A stretch of DNA of 64,000 bases, taken from an uncultured Candidatus Saccharibacteria bacterium. GTDB lineage: Bacteria; Patescibacteriota; Doudnabacteria; UBA920. The stretch is from positions 270,846-334,845 of the forward strand of contig CAZHIA010000001.1 in assembly GCA_964532425.1 (NCBI GenBank), written 5' to 3'. The notes below the pieces were generated by a model. That model saw nothing but the letters and a program-made list of their open reading frames with translations, was not told where the DNA came from and ran no database searches. Each line of letters starts with the position of its first letter. The first letter of the stretch is position 1. This document shows, piece after piece, positions 44,152 through 53,236 of this stretch. Both the position numbers and the translations under genes were made by a program.

Positions 44152-45354
44152 ATGAATAAAAAGGCAATAGCGATTTTGGGGGCGATTTTTCTTTTGATTG
44201 TGGGAACGCTTGGTTTTTTGATTTTTTCCAAGTCATCCTCCAAAAACAATACTGGCAATAACCAGTTAGAGCCGCCCCAAACGCAGGCGAACAACCAGAA
44301 CCAGAATCCGATTCCGAACCCGCCGCCCTCCCAGGTGAATACCTCAACACCTCCGGTTGCAACGAGTACACCCCCCATCACGAATCCTAATCCGCAGACT
44401 CAGCGTACTCCGGTCAAGTTGACCGAGGAAACCGTAGTCTCTCCAGCTTTGTTCTATGATGGGAGTGCCGTAGCTTATTTCGGCACGCAAGGGAGTTTGT
44501 ACCAGGCCGTGTTGGACCAAACAGGAGACACTATTACGCTGAGCCGCAAACATACCATTGATATTCCGGCGAAGTCTAATATTTCGCGCATTCTATGGCC
44601 GAAGAAAGGCAGTGACCTGATTGCAGAGTTCGTCAATAGTGGCAAGAAAACTTGGAGTTATTTCAACAGCAAGACCGGGTCTTATACCGATCTGCCTTCA
44701 CAGATCTTTTCTTTGGACTGGATGCCGAGCGGGGATAAAATTCTGTACACATGGCTGGAAAATGGCAAGACTACTTTGAATATATCCGATCCCGATAGTA
44801 CTCATTGGCAGGGGGTCGCCGACATGTGGGAAAATGATGATGCCTTGAGCGTATCTCCCGACGGTTTGAACGTCTTATACTACCGTACGGCAAATCCGGC
44901 AGCTGACAATCCAATTTATATGGTATCCATAGACGGAAAGGTCTGGCGGACACTGGTGAAGACCGGATATAACTTTGGCGTCTCGTGGAGTCCTGATGGG
45001 CAAAAATTTATTTATTCCAAACGCGACCCATCCAACCAGAAGCCCGGGCTTTGGTACTATAATCTCGCTACGGGCGAAACCAAGAGCCTGAATGTGCCCG
45101 GCACGGCCGACAAGCTGGTTTGGGACAGCGCAAGCAAGTACGTCTATGCCGCTTCGCCAACCAGTGGGGACGTGCAAAACGGGCTCACTGTTGATACATT
45201 CAGCCGTATTGATACCGATACTTTGGAACAAAAGAATTATGACCTCGGCGGGGTGAACGTCGACTTCCGCGATATGTTCCTGAATCTTGCCGGCTCGGTC
45301 CTTTATTTCCGCAACGCACAGGATGGAGCGTTGTATTACCTCAATCTGAATTGA
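44152..45354 (+). CDS. Membrane-anchored TolB-like beta-propeller protein
   Basis: Repeated W.P.G/SPDG blades (WMPSGDK, VSPDG, WSPDGQK). Confidence 0.8.
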   Translation: MNKKAIAILGAIFLLIVGTLGFLIFSKSSSKNNTGNNQLEPPQTQANNQNQNPIPNPPPSQVNTSTPPVATSTPPITNPNPQTQRTPVKLTEETVVSPALFYDGSAVAYFGTQGSLYQAVLDQTGDTITLSRKHTIDIPAKSNISRILWPKKGSDLIAEFVNSGKKTWSYFNSKTGSYTDLPSQIFSLDWMPSGDKILYTWLENGKTTLNISDPDSTHWQGVADMWENDDALSVSPDGLNVLYYRTANPAADNPIYMVSIDGKVWRTLVKTGYNFGVSWSPDGQKFIYSKRDPSNQKPGLWYYNLATGETKSLNVPGTADKLVWDSASKYVYAASPTSGDVQNGLTVDTFSRIDTDTLEQKNYDLGGVNVDFRDMFLNLAGSVLYFRNAQDGALYYLNLN

Positions 45355-45382
45355 CATCAGGGGTTCGGTATAGTAGGATTGA

Positions 45383-45479
45383 ACAAAATTTAAAAAATTG
45401 ACAAAATTGACAAAATTAAACTGCAGATGCGGTTATACAATTTTGTCAATTTTGTACAATTATGTCATTTTTGTCAATT
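45383..45479. repeat. Inverted array of 9-mer (AAAATTGAC) units
   Basis: AAAATTGACAAAATTGACAAAATT ... AATTTTGTCAATTTTGT...TTTTGTCAATT directly upstream of radA. Confidence 0.75.
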
Positions 45480-45484
45480 AATTT

Positions 45485-46810
45485 ATGGCCAAAACGCAAA
45501 CAATTTTTGTCTGTTCGAGCTGCGGGTTCAGAACCCCTCGCTGGCAGGGGAAGTGCCCGAATTGCGGAGAATGGAACACATTGCAGGAACAGCGCACGAC
45601 TACAGGTCCGGTTCAAGGGGCCGGAAGACTGGCGGCATCGCCGGTCAGTCTTCAAGATGTCCAAGTGGGCGAACGCCAGCGGGTCTTAAGCGGTATGGGT
45701 GAGTATGATGAAGTAGTGGGTGGTGGTATGGTACCTGGCAGCCTTATTTTGCTTGGTGGCGATCCGGGGATTGGTAAATCTACGCTGGCCTTGCAATTGT
45801 CGCTTAAACTTCAGGGACGGGTGTTGTATGTTTCGGGGGAAGAATCGGTTCACCAGGTTAAATACCGGGCGGAACGCCTCAGTCCCGGCCAGCAGCTTTC
45901 GGTATTGGCGGAGACCGACTTGGAAGCCATTTTAGCGACCATTGAAGCATCGGCTCCGGAGGTGGTAATTGTTGATTCCATCCAGACTATGTACTCCGAA
46001 CAAGCGAGCGGTGTGGCAGGCGGTGTGGCCCAGGTTACGTATGGCGTTCAGCGCATTATGCGCCTAGCAAAACAGTTGCATATTACCTTCATAATTATTG
46101 GACATGTGACCAAGGAAGGATATCTGGCAGGCCCGAAGACTTTGGAGCATATGGTGGATACGGTTTTGTACCTTGAAGGGGAACGGTTCCAGAGTTTCCG
46201 CATTCTCCGCTGCGTGAAGAACCGTTTTGGGACTACGAACGAAGTGGGTGTGTTCGAAATGCAGCGGGAAGGCTTGATCGAGGTCGTCAATCCGTCCCAG
46301 CTGTTCTTGGGAGACAGTTCCATAAAGGCGAGTGGTAATGTTATTACTTCGGTTATGGAGGGGAGCCGCGCGTTGCTCCTCGAGATCCAGGCACTGACAA
46401 CGGTAACTAATTTCGGATACCCTAAGCGCACGACGGCTGGATTCGATAATAACCGGCTGCAGCTGCTCGCCGCTATTCTTTCTAAGCGGGCCGGCGTCAA
46501 TCTAAGTAATCAGGATATTTATATCAATGTAGTCGGAGGCATTAAAGTAGATGAGCCGAGTGCGGACCTGGCGGTAGCGATAGCCATTGTCTCGAGTATG
46601 AAGGATCTGGTACTGGATGGTACGGTGGTTATGGGTGAGCTGGGGCTTTCCGGTGAAGTTCGGTTCGTGCCGAATTTGGAGAAGCGCATCCGCGAGGCGG
46701 AAAAGCTTGGATTTACACGGATTATTTGCCCGCACGGTAAATTCTCAACTAAGGCAAAGGCGGAAATCGTGAAAGTCAGGACGTTGGCGGAAGCAGTCAG
46801 TCAATTATAA
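45485..46810 (+). CDS. radA: DNA repair protein RadA/Sms
   Basis: C4 zinc finger CSSCG...CPNCGEW, GDPGIGKS, KNRFG, Lon-like C-terminus. Confidence 0.97.
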   Translation: MAKTQTIFVCSSCGFRTPRWQGKCPNCGEWNTLQEQRTTTGPVQGAGRLAASPVSLQDVQVGERQRVLSGMGEYDEVVGGGMVPGSLILLGGDPGIGKSTLALQLSLKLQGRVLYVSGEESVHQVKYRAERLSPGQQLSVLAETDLEAILATIEASAPEVVIVDSIQTMYSEQASGVAGGVAQVTYGVQRIMRLAKQLHITFIIIGHVTKEGYLAGPKTLEHMVDTVLYLEGERFQSFRILRCVKNRFGTTNEVGVFEMQREGLIEVVNPSQLFLGDSSIKASGNVITSVMEGSRALLLEIQALTTVTNFGYPKRTTAGFDNNRLQLLAAILSKRAGVNLSNQDIYINVVGGIKVDEPSADLAVAIAIVSSMKDLVLDGTVVMGELGLSGEVRFVPNLEKRIREAEKLGFTRIICPHGKFSTKAKAEIVKVRTLAEAVSQL

Positions 46811-46825
46811 CTTTCGAATAAATGA

Positions 46826-46852
46826 AAACGGGACACCGATCGGTGTCCCGTT
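46826..46852. terminator. Terminator hairpin
   Basis: AACGGGACACCG-at-CGGTGTCCCGTT. Confidence 0.7.
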
Positions 46853-46995
46853 CTTTACAAGCCTGAAAGCGCCTGGTGCGCAGGCTTCGGTCAAGTGCTG
46901 AGGATGCTGTGAATGAAATGGATATCCCGCGGGGTTGGGACGTCCCATGAGCGATATATATTCCGCTATTTCATTTCGGGTATCCTCGGCAATTG

Positions 46996-47271
46996 CTAAC
47001 TGATATGGGCGTAGCTGAGACTCTGCGGTCTGACCGGGGTGCGGTTCTTCTTTTCAGGTACAGCGACCTGAATCGTTTTTGTAAGCGCCGTTTGTCCCTT
47101 GGGAGGGGTGGGAAGGGTCTCTTCCGTCGGAAACGGCATTCCGCATCCGTGTACGCACCTGCCGGCACTGCGCGGCTGCCACATGAAACAGCAGAGTATG
47201 TACTTCACTCCTGTCTTTTCGGTTCTTGTCTGGTAGTGTTTTGCGATTTGTCGTAGTTTTTGTTGCGCCAT
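46996..47271 (-). CDS. Small hypothetical protein (Cys-containing)
   Basis: AGGTGA RBS before ATG 47271; CC...CxxxC; only plausible ORF in the gap. Confidence 0.35.
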   Translation of the reverse strand: MAQQKLRQIAKHYQTRTEKTGVKYILCCFMWQPRSAGRCVHGCGMPFPTEETLPTPPKGQTALTKTIQVAVPEKKNRTPVRPQSLSYAHIS

Positions 47272-47381
47272 ATTCACCTGTAATAAAACTGGACACTGGA
47301 ACATTCCCAGAGATTATGCATCGCCCATGCCCCCTTTGGATTTGTAAGCATTATAATATGGATTGGTAAAGCCGGCAATAG

Positions 47382-49439
47382 CTATTCAAAATGCACGGTT
47401 TTTCCTTTGAGCTTCTTTGCAAGTTCGGAATGTTGAGCAAGCAGGAAGTCGCTTTCAAGCAATCCTCGAGCTTCCTGACGGGCAGGTTCAATCAGGTGTA
47501 CGTATGAAGGGTTAAAATATTTAAAATTCCATCCTGACTGCAGGGAACCGTACAATTCACCGAAGCCGCGCAATTTTAAATCGAGCTCTGCCAAGGCGAA
47601 TCCGTCGGTGGTGTTGCTAAATTGCTGCAAGCGGCTCAGTGCTTCCGTATCCGAACTTTCAGTGAACACAAAGCAGTAACTCTGGTGCTGTCCCCGGCCG
47701 ACGCGGCCGCGGAATTGGTGGAGCTGGGCCAGACCGAACCTCTCCGCACCCTCGATGATCATCACACTGGCATTGGGGACATCAACACCCACTTCCACTA
47801 CCGAGGTGGACACCAGGATTTGGGTAGTATTGGCCAAAAAATCCGCCATGGACTGTTCCTTGTGCTTAGCTGTCATACGGCCATGGAGCAGGCCAACGGT
47901 AAACTGCGGAAACATTTTTTGGAGGCGTTCCTGCTCGGTGGTGGCTGCCTTCACGTCGAGCTGTTCACTTTCCTCGATGAGCGGGGTGACCACAAACACC
48001 TGGCGGCCGGCCGCGACCTGTTTGGCAATAAAATCATAGGCTTTCTGGCGGTCTTCCGCGGTTACGAGTTTGGTAATGATCGGTTTCCGGTCCTTGGGTT
48101 TGGTCTTTATCTGGGAGATTTGGAGCTCGCCATAAAATGCCAGCTGTAGTGTGCGGGGGATTGGGGTTGCGGTCAGGGAGATCAGGTGCGGGACCTTACC
48201 TTTGCCTTCCAAGAGCTCCATGCGTTGGTCAACTCCGAACCGGTGTTGTTCGTCAATCACAGCCATTGCCAAGTTCTTAAACGAAGTTTTTTTGGATATT
48301 AGTGCATGCGTGCCGATCACTAGGGCTGGCATGCCTTCCTTAAGGAGGGCCTGCAGTTTTGGTTTGGGTAATTTTTCTCCGTCCAATTCCGACTGGGTAC
48401 CGGTTAAAAGACAGCAGCGGACGTGAAGCGGCGCGAGGTATCTTTTAGCGGTTTCGTAATGCTGGCGGGCCAGAATCTCCGTCGGAGCCATTAATGCTGC
48501 TTGCTGCTGCTGCAACACTGCCTCGGCAACCGCGATCAGTGCGACGAGGGTTTTACCGCTGCCAACATCTCCTTCGATCAACCGAGCCATGGGAATTGGT
48601 TTTTCCATATCCTGCAAAATCTCCCAGGCCGCTCTTTTTTGGCCCGGGGTTAACTCGAACGGCAGCTGGGCGAGTAATCCTTTGACTACCTCCTGGCGGA
48701 ATGGGATTGTGACCGCTTTTCTGCGTTCGAGTTCCATTTTACGTTTTTGAGCTAGAAGCTGGTTCAAAAATATTTCCTCGAATGCCAGTCGCTTGCGGGC
48801 GGCAGCGAGTTGTTCGAACGATTCGGGAAAATGTGCGGCCTGCACGGTTTGCCCAATACTCAATAGTCCCTGCCTGAGTAAAATTTCCTGTGGGAGCGGA
48901 TCATTCAAATTGGCTGCGAGTGGCAAGACCGAAGCGACGAGGTTACGGAAGGTCTTAGGGTACACCTGCTGGCTTAAATGGTAGAGCGGTACGAGTCGGG
49001 CGGTGTGTCTCGGGAAATCCGATACTTTTTCATACAACGGATTCGTCAGCTGCAAGGAATGATTATAGTAATCGGGCTTACCGGCCAGGTAAACCTCGTC
49101 TCCTTTTTGGAGAGCTTTGGCTATATACGGTTGGTTGAACCATACTACTTTCATGGAACCGGTCTCGTCTGAAACGATCGCTTCGGCCATGGACAGGTGG
49201 CTCTTGAATGAAAAGCGGATTTGGATAGTTTTGACGGTCGCATGGATGGTGGTTGGCTGGTCTGCCACAAGTTCGCGGATGCTGCTCGTTTTGCTGAAAT
49301 CAAGGTACCGGTATGGGAAATATAAAAGCAGGTCGGCAACAGTTTCGATGCCGAGCTTTTTTAAAGCCGCCACCATGGGCTTGGCAATCCGCGGCAGTGT
49401 GTTGATAGGAGAATCTACATTTGCCATATTCGGCAGCAT
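47382..49439 (-). CDS. recG: ATP-dependent DNA helicase RecG
   Basis: LPFELT..Q, GDVGSGKT, MAPTEILA.QH, DEQHRFGV, TATPIPRTL, QLHQFRGRVGRG. Confidence 0.97.
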   Translation of the reverse strand: MLPNMANVDSPINTLPRIAKPMVAALKKLGIETVADLLLYFPYRYLDFSKTSSIRELVADQPTTIHATVKTIQIRFSFKSHLSMAEAIVSDETGSMKVVWFNQPYIAKALQKGDEVYLAGKPDYYNHSLQLTNPLYEKVSDFPRHTARLVPLYHLSQQVYPKTFRNLVASVLPLAANLNDPLPQEILLRQGLLSIGQTVQAAHFPESFEQLAAARKRLAFEEIFLNQLLAQKRKMELERRKAVTIPFRQEVVKGLLAQLPFELTPGQKRAAWEILQDMEKPIPMARLIEGDVGSGKTLVALIAVAEAVLQQQQAALMAPTEILARQHYETAKRYLAPLHVRCCLLTGTQSELDGEKLPKPKLQALLKEGMPALVIGTHALISKKTSFKNLAMAVIDEQHRFGVDQRMELLEGKGKVPHLISLTATPIPRTLQLAFYGELQISQIKTKPKDRKPIITKLVTAEDRQKAYDFIAKQVAAGRQVFVVTPLIEESEQLDVKAATTEQERLQKMFPQFTVGLLHGRMTAKHKEQSMADFLANTTQILVSTSVVEVGVDVPNASVMIIEGAERFGLAQLHQFRGRVGRGQHQSYCFVFTESSDTEALSRLQQFSNTTDGFALAELDLKLRGFGELYGSLQSGWNFKYFNPSYVHLIEPARQEARGLLESDFLLAQHSELAKKLKGKTVHFE

Positions 49440-49572
49440 AAAAATAAAATAACCCTTCGACTCCTGTTGGTCGCTCAGGGTATTCGACTCATGTATATAC
49501 TAGATGTGTTGTACGGGCATGGCAGAGGCGGTCATAGACCATGAGCGAATCCGCTTTTGCGGACAAGTCGAA

Positions 49573-49649
49573 TGGTGACCTCGGCTGGAATCGAACCAGC
49601 GGCCTTTCCCTTCGGAGGGGAACGCTCTAATCCACTGAGCTACGAGGCC
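49573..49649 (-). tRNA. tRNA-Arg (anticodon CCG)
   Basis: GGCCTCGTAGCTCAGTGGATTAGAGCG TTCCC-CTCCGAA-GGGAA ... GCTGGTTCGATTCCAGC CGAGGTC ACCA; full cloverleaf with encoded CCA. Confidence 0.95.
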
Positions 49650-49677
49650 ATGCAAAGAATCCGTAAAATCTATTATA

Positions 49678-50148
49678 TCAAAACTTGAACCGGTGGGCAA
49701 TGCTCTGGGTAAGCGCTTCGTGTTCTTCATCGTGCTCCTTGAGGTGGGGGAGCAGGAATTGTCTGACTTCGTCGGGGTCCTGGTCCTCAAGCTCGAAAAC
49801 CAGAAAGTGGTTCAGGTAGGCAGTCGTGTGAATATTTAAAGTTTTGTGGTGAGCGTTATGCACCACCCAGAAGTGTTTGATCTGTTTATAGGGAACGAAA
49901 AGGGTCCCAAACTTAATGCCCCGGTGGTTCAGTTCGATGGTCAGCATCTGGGGTTGTTGGCGGGAAAAATAGACAATAATCGCAGCCACAACCACCATAG
50001 TTACCGCACTGAAGAATTCCCGTTGGATAATGAAGTAACCGATGACAAGGATGGCAATGGCTATAAACGTGGTGTACCAGCCCGCAGTCTTTTCGTAATG
50101 TTTGAACTCCGGCGCTTGCCAGGATAGAGTTTGGTTTTGGGATGACAT
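49678..50148 (-). CDS. Conserved CPR-type membrane protein (DUF5673-like)
   Basis: LSWQAPEF..YEK...WY, two TMs, PH-like GI......Y..I..FW. Confidence 0.75.
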   Translation of the reverse strand: MSSQNQTLSWQAPEFKHYEKTAGWYTTFIAIAILVIGYFIIQREFFSAVTMVVVAAIIVYFSRQQPQMLTIELNHRGIKFGTLFVPYKQIKHFWVVHNAHHKTLNIHTTAYLNHFLVFELEDQDPDEVRQFLLPHLKEHDEEHEALTQSIAHRFKF

Positions 50149-50163
50149 AATGTCAAATAAATT

Positions 50164-50436
50164 TTATTGGTGGCTAAAATATTCTGTAATTGCTGCGCGT
50201 ACTGCCGGGAATCGGTACTTCGTTGCAAGAAAGTCGTCCAGTGTACCGGCCTTGTACATGTGCTCCATCTCGGCAATGTCCTGGGGGAGGATCGTGTAAT
50301 CAGACCTTCCGATCACATTGTTCACCGGCTTTGTCCAGGTGGGAGGAGTAAACTTTCCGATAAAATCTTGCAGTAAAATAGCCCTGTATTCTGGATTGCC
50401 CGTTTCCCTTGCGGGTGATTGTTCTAGTTTGAGCAT
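50164..50436 (-). CDS. Hypothetical protein
   Basis: 90-aa ORF with GGAG upstream, co-oriented with neighbours. Confidence 0.5.
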   Translation of the reverse strand: MLKLEQSPARETGNPEYRAILLQDFIGKFTPPTWTKPVNNVIGRSDYTILPQDIAEMEHMYKAGTLDDFLATKYRFPAVRAAITEYFSHQ

Positions 50437-50485
50437 GCTATAAAGACTCCAATTTTCTGCAACCCTTCGCTTAAGCTACGGGTTA

Positions 50486-50582
50486 CACCTTTCGCTAAAG
50501 TTGCAAGTGTTGTGGCCGCAGGCGCACCCGTCGCTGTTAGCTATGGATGGCCGCAGGCCACCTGAAGCTTTAGCGAAAGGTG
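50486..50582. repeat. Inverted-repeat element abutting the tRNA-Ser 3' end
   Basis: CACCTTTCGCTAAAG (50486-50500) / CTTTAGCGAAAGGTG (50568-50582); internal direct repeat TGGCCGCAGGC x2. Confidence 0.7.
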
Positions 50583-50669
50583 GCGGAAGGGGAGGGATTC
50601 GAACCCTCGAGGCCTTTTGGGCCTGTCGGTTTTCAAGACCGATGCACTAGACCACTATGCGACCCTTCC
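50581..50669 (-). tRNA. tRNA-Ser (anticodon TGA)
   Basis: GGAAGGGTCGCATAGTGGTCTAGTGCA TCGGT-CTTGAAA-ACCGA, long variable arm AGGCCCAAAAGGCCT, GAGGGTTCGAATCCCTC, CCCTTCC GCCA. Confidence 0.95.
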
Positions 50670-50726
50670 GTATATAATCATGAGCTGTTTTCAGTTGATG
50701 CTATCGGACCGGGTCGAATGACCCGG

Positions 50727-50762
50727 CAAGACCGGCACACTCGACCACTCGGCAACCTTTCC
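50727..50762 (-). pseudogene. Degenerate 5' half of a tRNA-Ser-like gene
   Basis: GGAAAGGTTGCCGAGTGGTCGAGTGTGCCGGTCTTG matches the 5' half of the adjacent tRNA-Ser at 28/36 positions. Confidence 0.55.
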
Positions 50763-50969
50763 CTAAATCCTATTTATTATAGCATTTTTTGCAGAAAATC
50801 GGCAATTTTTGGCAAACTAAAACGGCCTAAACTCTAGAATATAGGCCGTTTCGTACATTGATAGGCCATGGGAATGGCCGTGGACTGCTTAAGGCAGTTT
50901 TTGCTGCCCTAATGTGTCCGCCAGATTTGAAAATCGAACGAAGGCGGACTGATCAGGGTATCAAATGTG

Positions 50970-52196
50970 TTAAGGAGCGTATTGCGGAGCGGGATCTTCA
51001 ATAATATAACCTCCCATAGTCTGTTTGCCGTCCGCTGGTTGTATGTCCGTGTCTTGTGTATTTGTTGCGGTATTCTTTGCTGGCTGTTTTAAATTCAGGG
51101 GGATCGTGCTTGTCGAAGCTGAAGGGGAAGCGGGGTTGGCGGGGGTAGTAGTCGGCAAGTTGCTGTCCGAAGTGGAGGTTCCCTTAACCGTGCCTGCCGG
51201 TTGGTTGGCGGGGTCGAGTACGGTGATCTCCCGAGCAACGATGGTGTTATTGGTCTTCTTACCCACAATATGGATTAGGGTACCGGAAGTAAGTGAGGTT
51301 GTGGCATTCCCTTCTTCATCCTGGGTGGTGGTTTCGGCGGAAAGGTAGAAAATGGTTTTTTCGATAGTTACAGAGCCTTTATCCGCCCTGGTAACAGTAC
51401 CGGACATAGTAACAATGTTCGGATCATTATTGAGTTTGGTCAGACTTTCGTCTTGGGCAACGGTTGCAATTTGGATGAGCTTGTTTACTTCCGTAACTGT
51501 CTGCGCATTCGCTTGTTGGGCTGCGGTGGCTGCATCTTGAGCTTGTACATCGGGTTTAATGGTATTCAAGAGGTTCTGTTGCTCTTTGGTAATATTCTGG
51601 AGCGAGGCAACGATCGGGTGGTCCTTAGCGGTATTCAAGTTGCTGAGCGCGGCGGTTTTAACCTCTGCGGTGGTTTGTTGGGTCTGGTTCGAGAGTTCTG
51701 CCAAGGCCGCAATCTCCAAGGCAGGGTTTTCATTGTGATTTTCAAATACCTGCCGGGCTTCGTTCATACGCCGCTGGGTAAGAGCTAATTGCAAATTTGC
51801 GCGCTCAACGGGATCATTCGTCATTTTCAATTCCAGCTGTTCAGCTGTGCGTTTGACCGCAAACAGCCGTTGTCCTGGCAGGCTGTTTATTGCGCCGTAC
51901 GCAGTGGCTCCAAAAGCCGCAAGAAGCAGCAGCATACTGGTGCTAACCGCTGCAAAACGTGAGAAGTGCATCCAGGTTGTCCAGATGCTAGCTTTGGCTG
52001 GGGCGGTCAGGTATAGTCGGCGCATGGCAGGTTCGGGGGCAGGGATGGTTGGTATCCGCATAAACGGCTCCGCGGTTTGCAACAAGCCGAGTAGGAGCTC
52101 TTTATGTTCCGGGTACTTTGAAACTATCTGGTCAGCCGGCATGCCGGACTTCAGATCTTTCAAAGCCTTATCCAAAATGTAGTCAATCTCTGCCAT
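50970..52196 (-). CDS. DUF5667 (+ DUF5666-like) membrane protein, putative anti-sigma factor
   Basis: TM, SLPGQRLFAVKRTAEQLEL...RRMNEA, then an OB-like G.V......TI......L...T......G..I.I.G......AREI. Confidence 0.8.
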   Translation of the reverse strand: MAEIDYILDKALKDLKSGMPADQIVSKYPEHKELLLGLLQTAEPFMRIPTIPAPEPAMRRLYLTAPAKASIWTTWMHFSRFAAVSTSMLLLLAAFGATAYGAINSLPGQRLFAVKRTAEQLELKMTNDPVERANLQLALTQRRMNEARQVFENHNENPALEIAALAELSNQTQQTTAEVKTAALSNLNTAKDHPIVASLQNITKEQQNLLNTIKPDVQAQDAATAAQQANAQTVTEVNKLIQIATVAQDESLTKLNNDPNIVTMSGTVTRADKGSVTIEKTIFYLSAETTTQDEEGNATTSLTSGTLIHIVGKKTNNTIVAREITVLDPANQPAGTVKGTSTSDSNLPTTTPANPASPSASTSTIPLNLKQPAKNTATNTQDTDIQPADGKQTMGGYIIEDPAPQYAP

Positions 52197-52776
52197 GGTA
52201 TTTGTAGTGTAGTTCCTTCAATTTGGCGATGGCACGGTGTTGGATAACCCGGATAGCGCCTTCATTCTTTTCGAGTAAGCTGGCAATTTCATCGTTTTCC
52301 AGCTCTTCGACAAATTTCATTTTAATGACCGCTTGTTGTTCGGGGGTTAGCTCGCTTACCAGTTTTAGGAAGTATTTTTGCTCTTCCTGGAGGCTGACCA
52401 CGTCGATAAGATTCATCTCGTATTCTAACGTGTTCTCTAATTCGTCCAGTGACACGGTCATCTGTTTCTCCCGGTAGTAGTCTATTACCCGGTTTCGTGC
52501 GATCTGGTAGAGCCAGCCTTCAAAAGCGCCTTTCTCCTTGAGGCCTTTGATTTTACCGTACGCTTTTATGAACACGTCTTCAGCCAGGTCTTCCGCAATC
52601 TCCTTGTGGCCGACTCGGTAGAAAACAAAGCGGTATATTCGTTTGAAAAAGAGGTTGTACAGTTCGCCAAAGGCCGATTCTTCGCCGTGCTGGGCCCTGC
52701 CAATACAGTCATGCAAAGCCTCGATATTCTCCCCAATATTTGGCGGACTACCCCTAAAGACGTCAAATTGATCCAT
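52183..52776 (-). CDS. ECF RNA polymerase sigma factor
   Basis: AQHGEESAFGELY, AEDLAEDVFIKAY, FEGWLYQIARN, LTPEQQAVI...EIA.LL.K...AIRVIQHRA. Confidence 0.93.
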   Translation of the reverse strand: MDQFDVFRGSPPNIGENIEALHDCIGRAQHGEESAFGELYNLFFKRIYRFVFYRVGHKEIAEDLAEDVFIKAYGKIKGLKEKGAFEGWLYQIARNRVIDYYREKQMTVSLDELENTLEYEMNLIDVVSLQEEQKYFLKLVSELTPEQQAVIKMKFVEELENDEIASLLEKNEGAIRVIQHRAIAKLKELHYKYHGRD

Positions 52777-53236
52777 TTTGTTACAATGCGGTTAGGTATA
52801 CTGAAAATTCAGGAAAAAAGCAAAATCCGGGAACCTTCCAGTATTTTACCATATTTCTAGGGACTACGGCTCTCTTTCCCTATACGAAATTGGGAGAGCA
52901 ATGGTCACGTACAGTACGGGTACTCAAGCTCTTAAAGAGCACAAAAGGTGTTCCATTGCAAGTTGTTTGGATGTCAGTAGACTGATTCGCCTCATTGAGA
53001 CTTTAAAAAAAATTTAATTGCTGGCAATTGAAAGCTTAAATGGCAGACTGTGTATAAAATCCTCGACTTTTCCTCTCTGCCCTTGTTACAATTATTGCTA
53101 CCAGATCATTAATCTGCATGCAGATTGGAAACAAAAATAAACGTTTCCAAAATTCCTCTTAAATCCGCACCGGGAATGCCGGAACGGTTTTTACGAGGGT
53201 ATGCACTGGCAAAATATTTAAATCAAGGAAGGAACA

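Noticed and set aside
30980-45354. Integrative conjugative element
   Set aside because: No relaxase, coupling protein, integrase or att repeats in the window; matches the resident CPR T4SS-like locus
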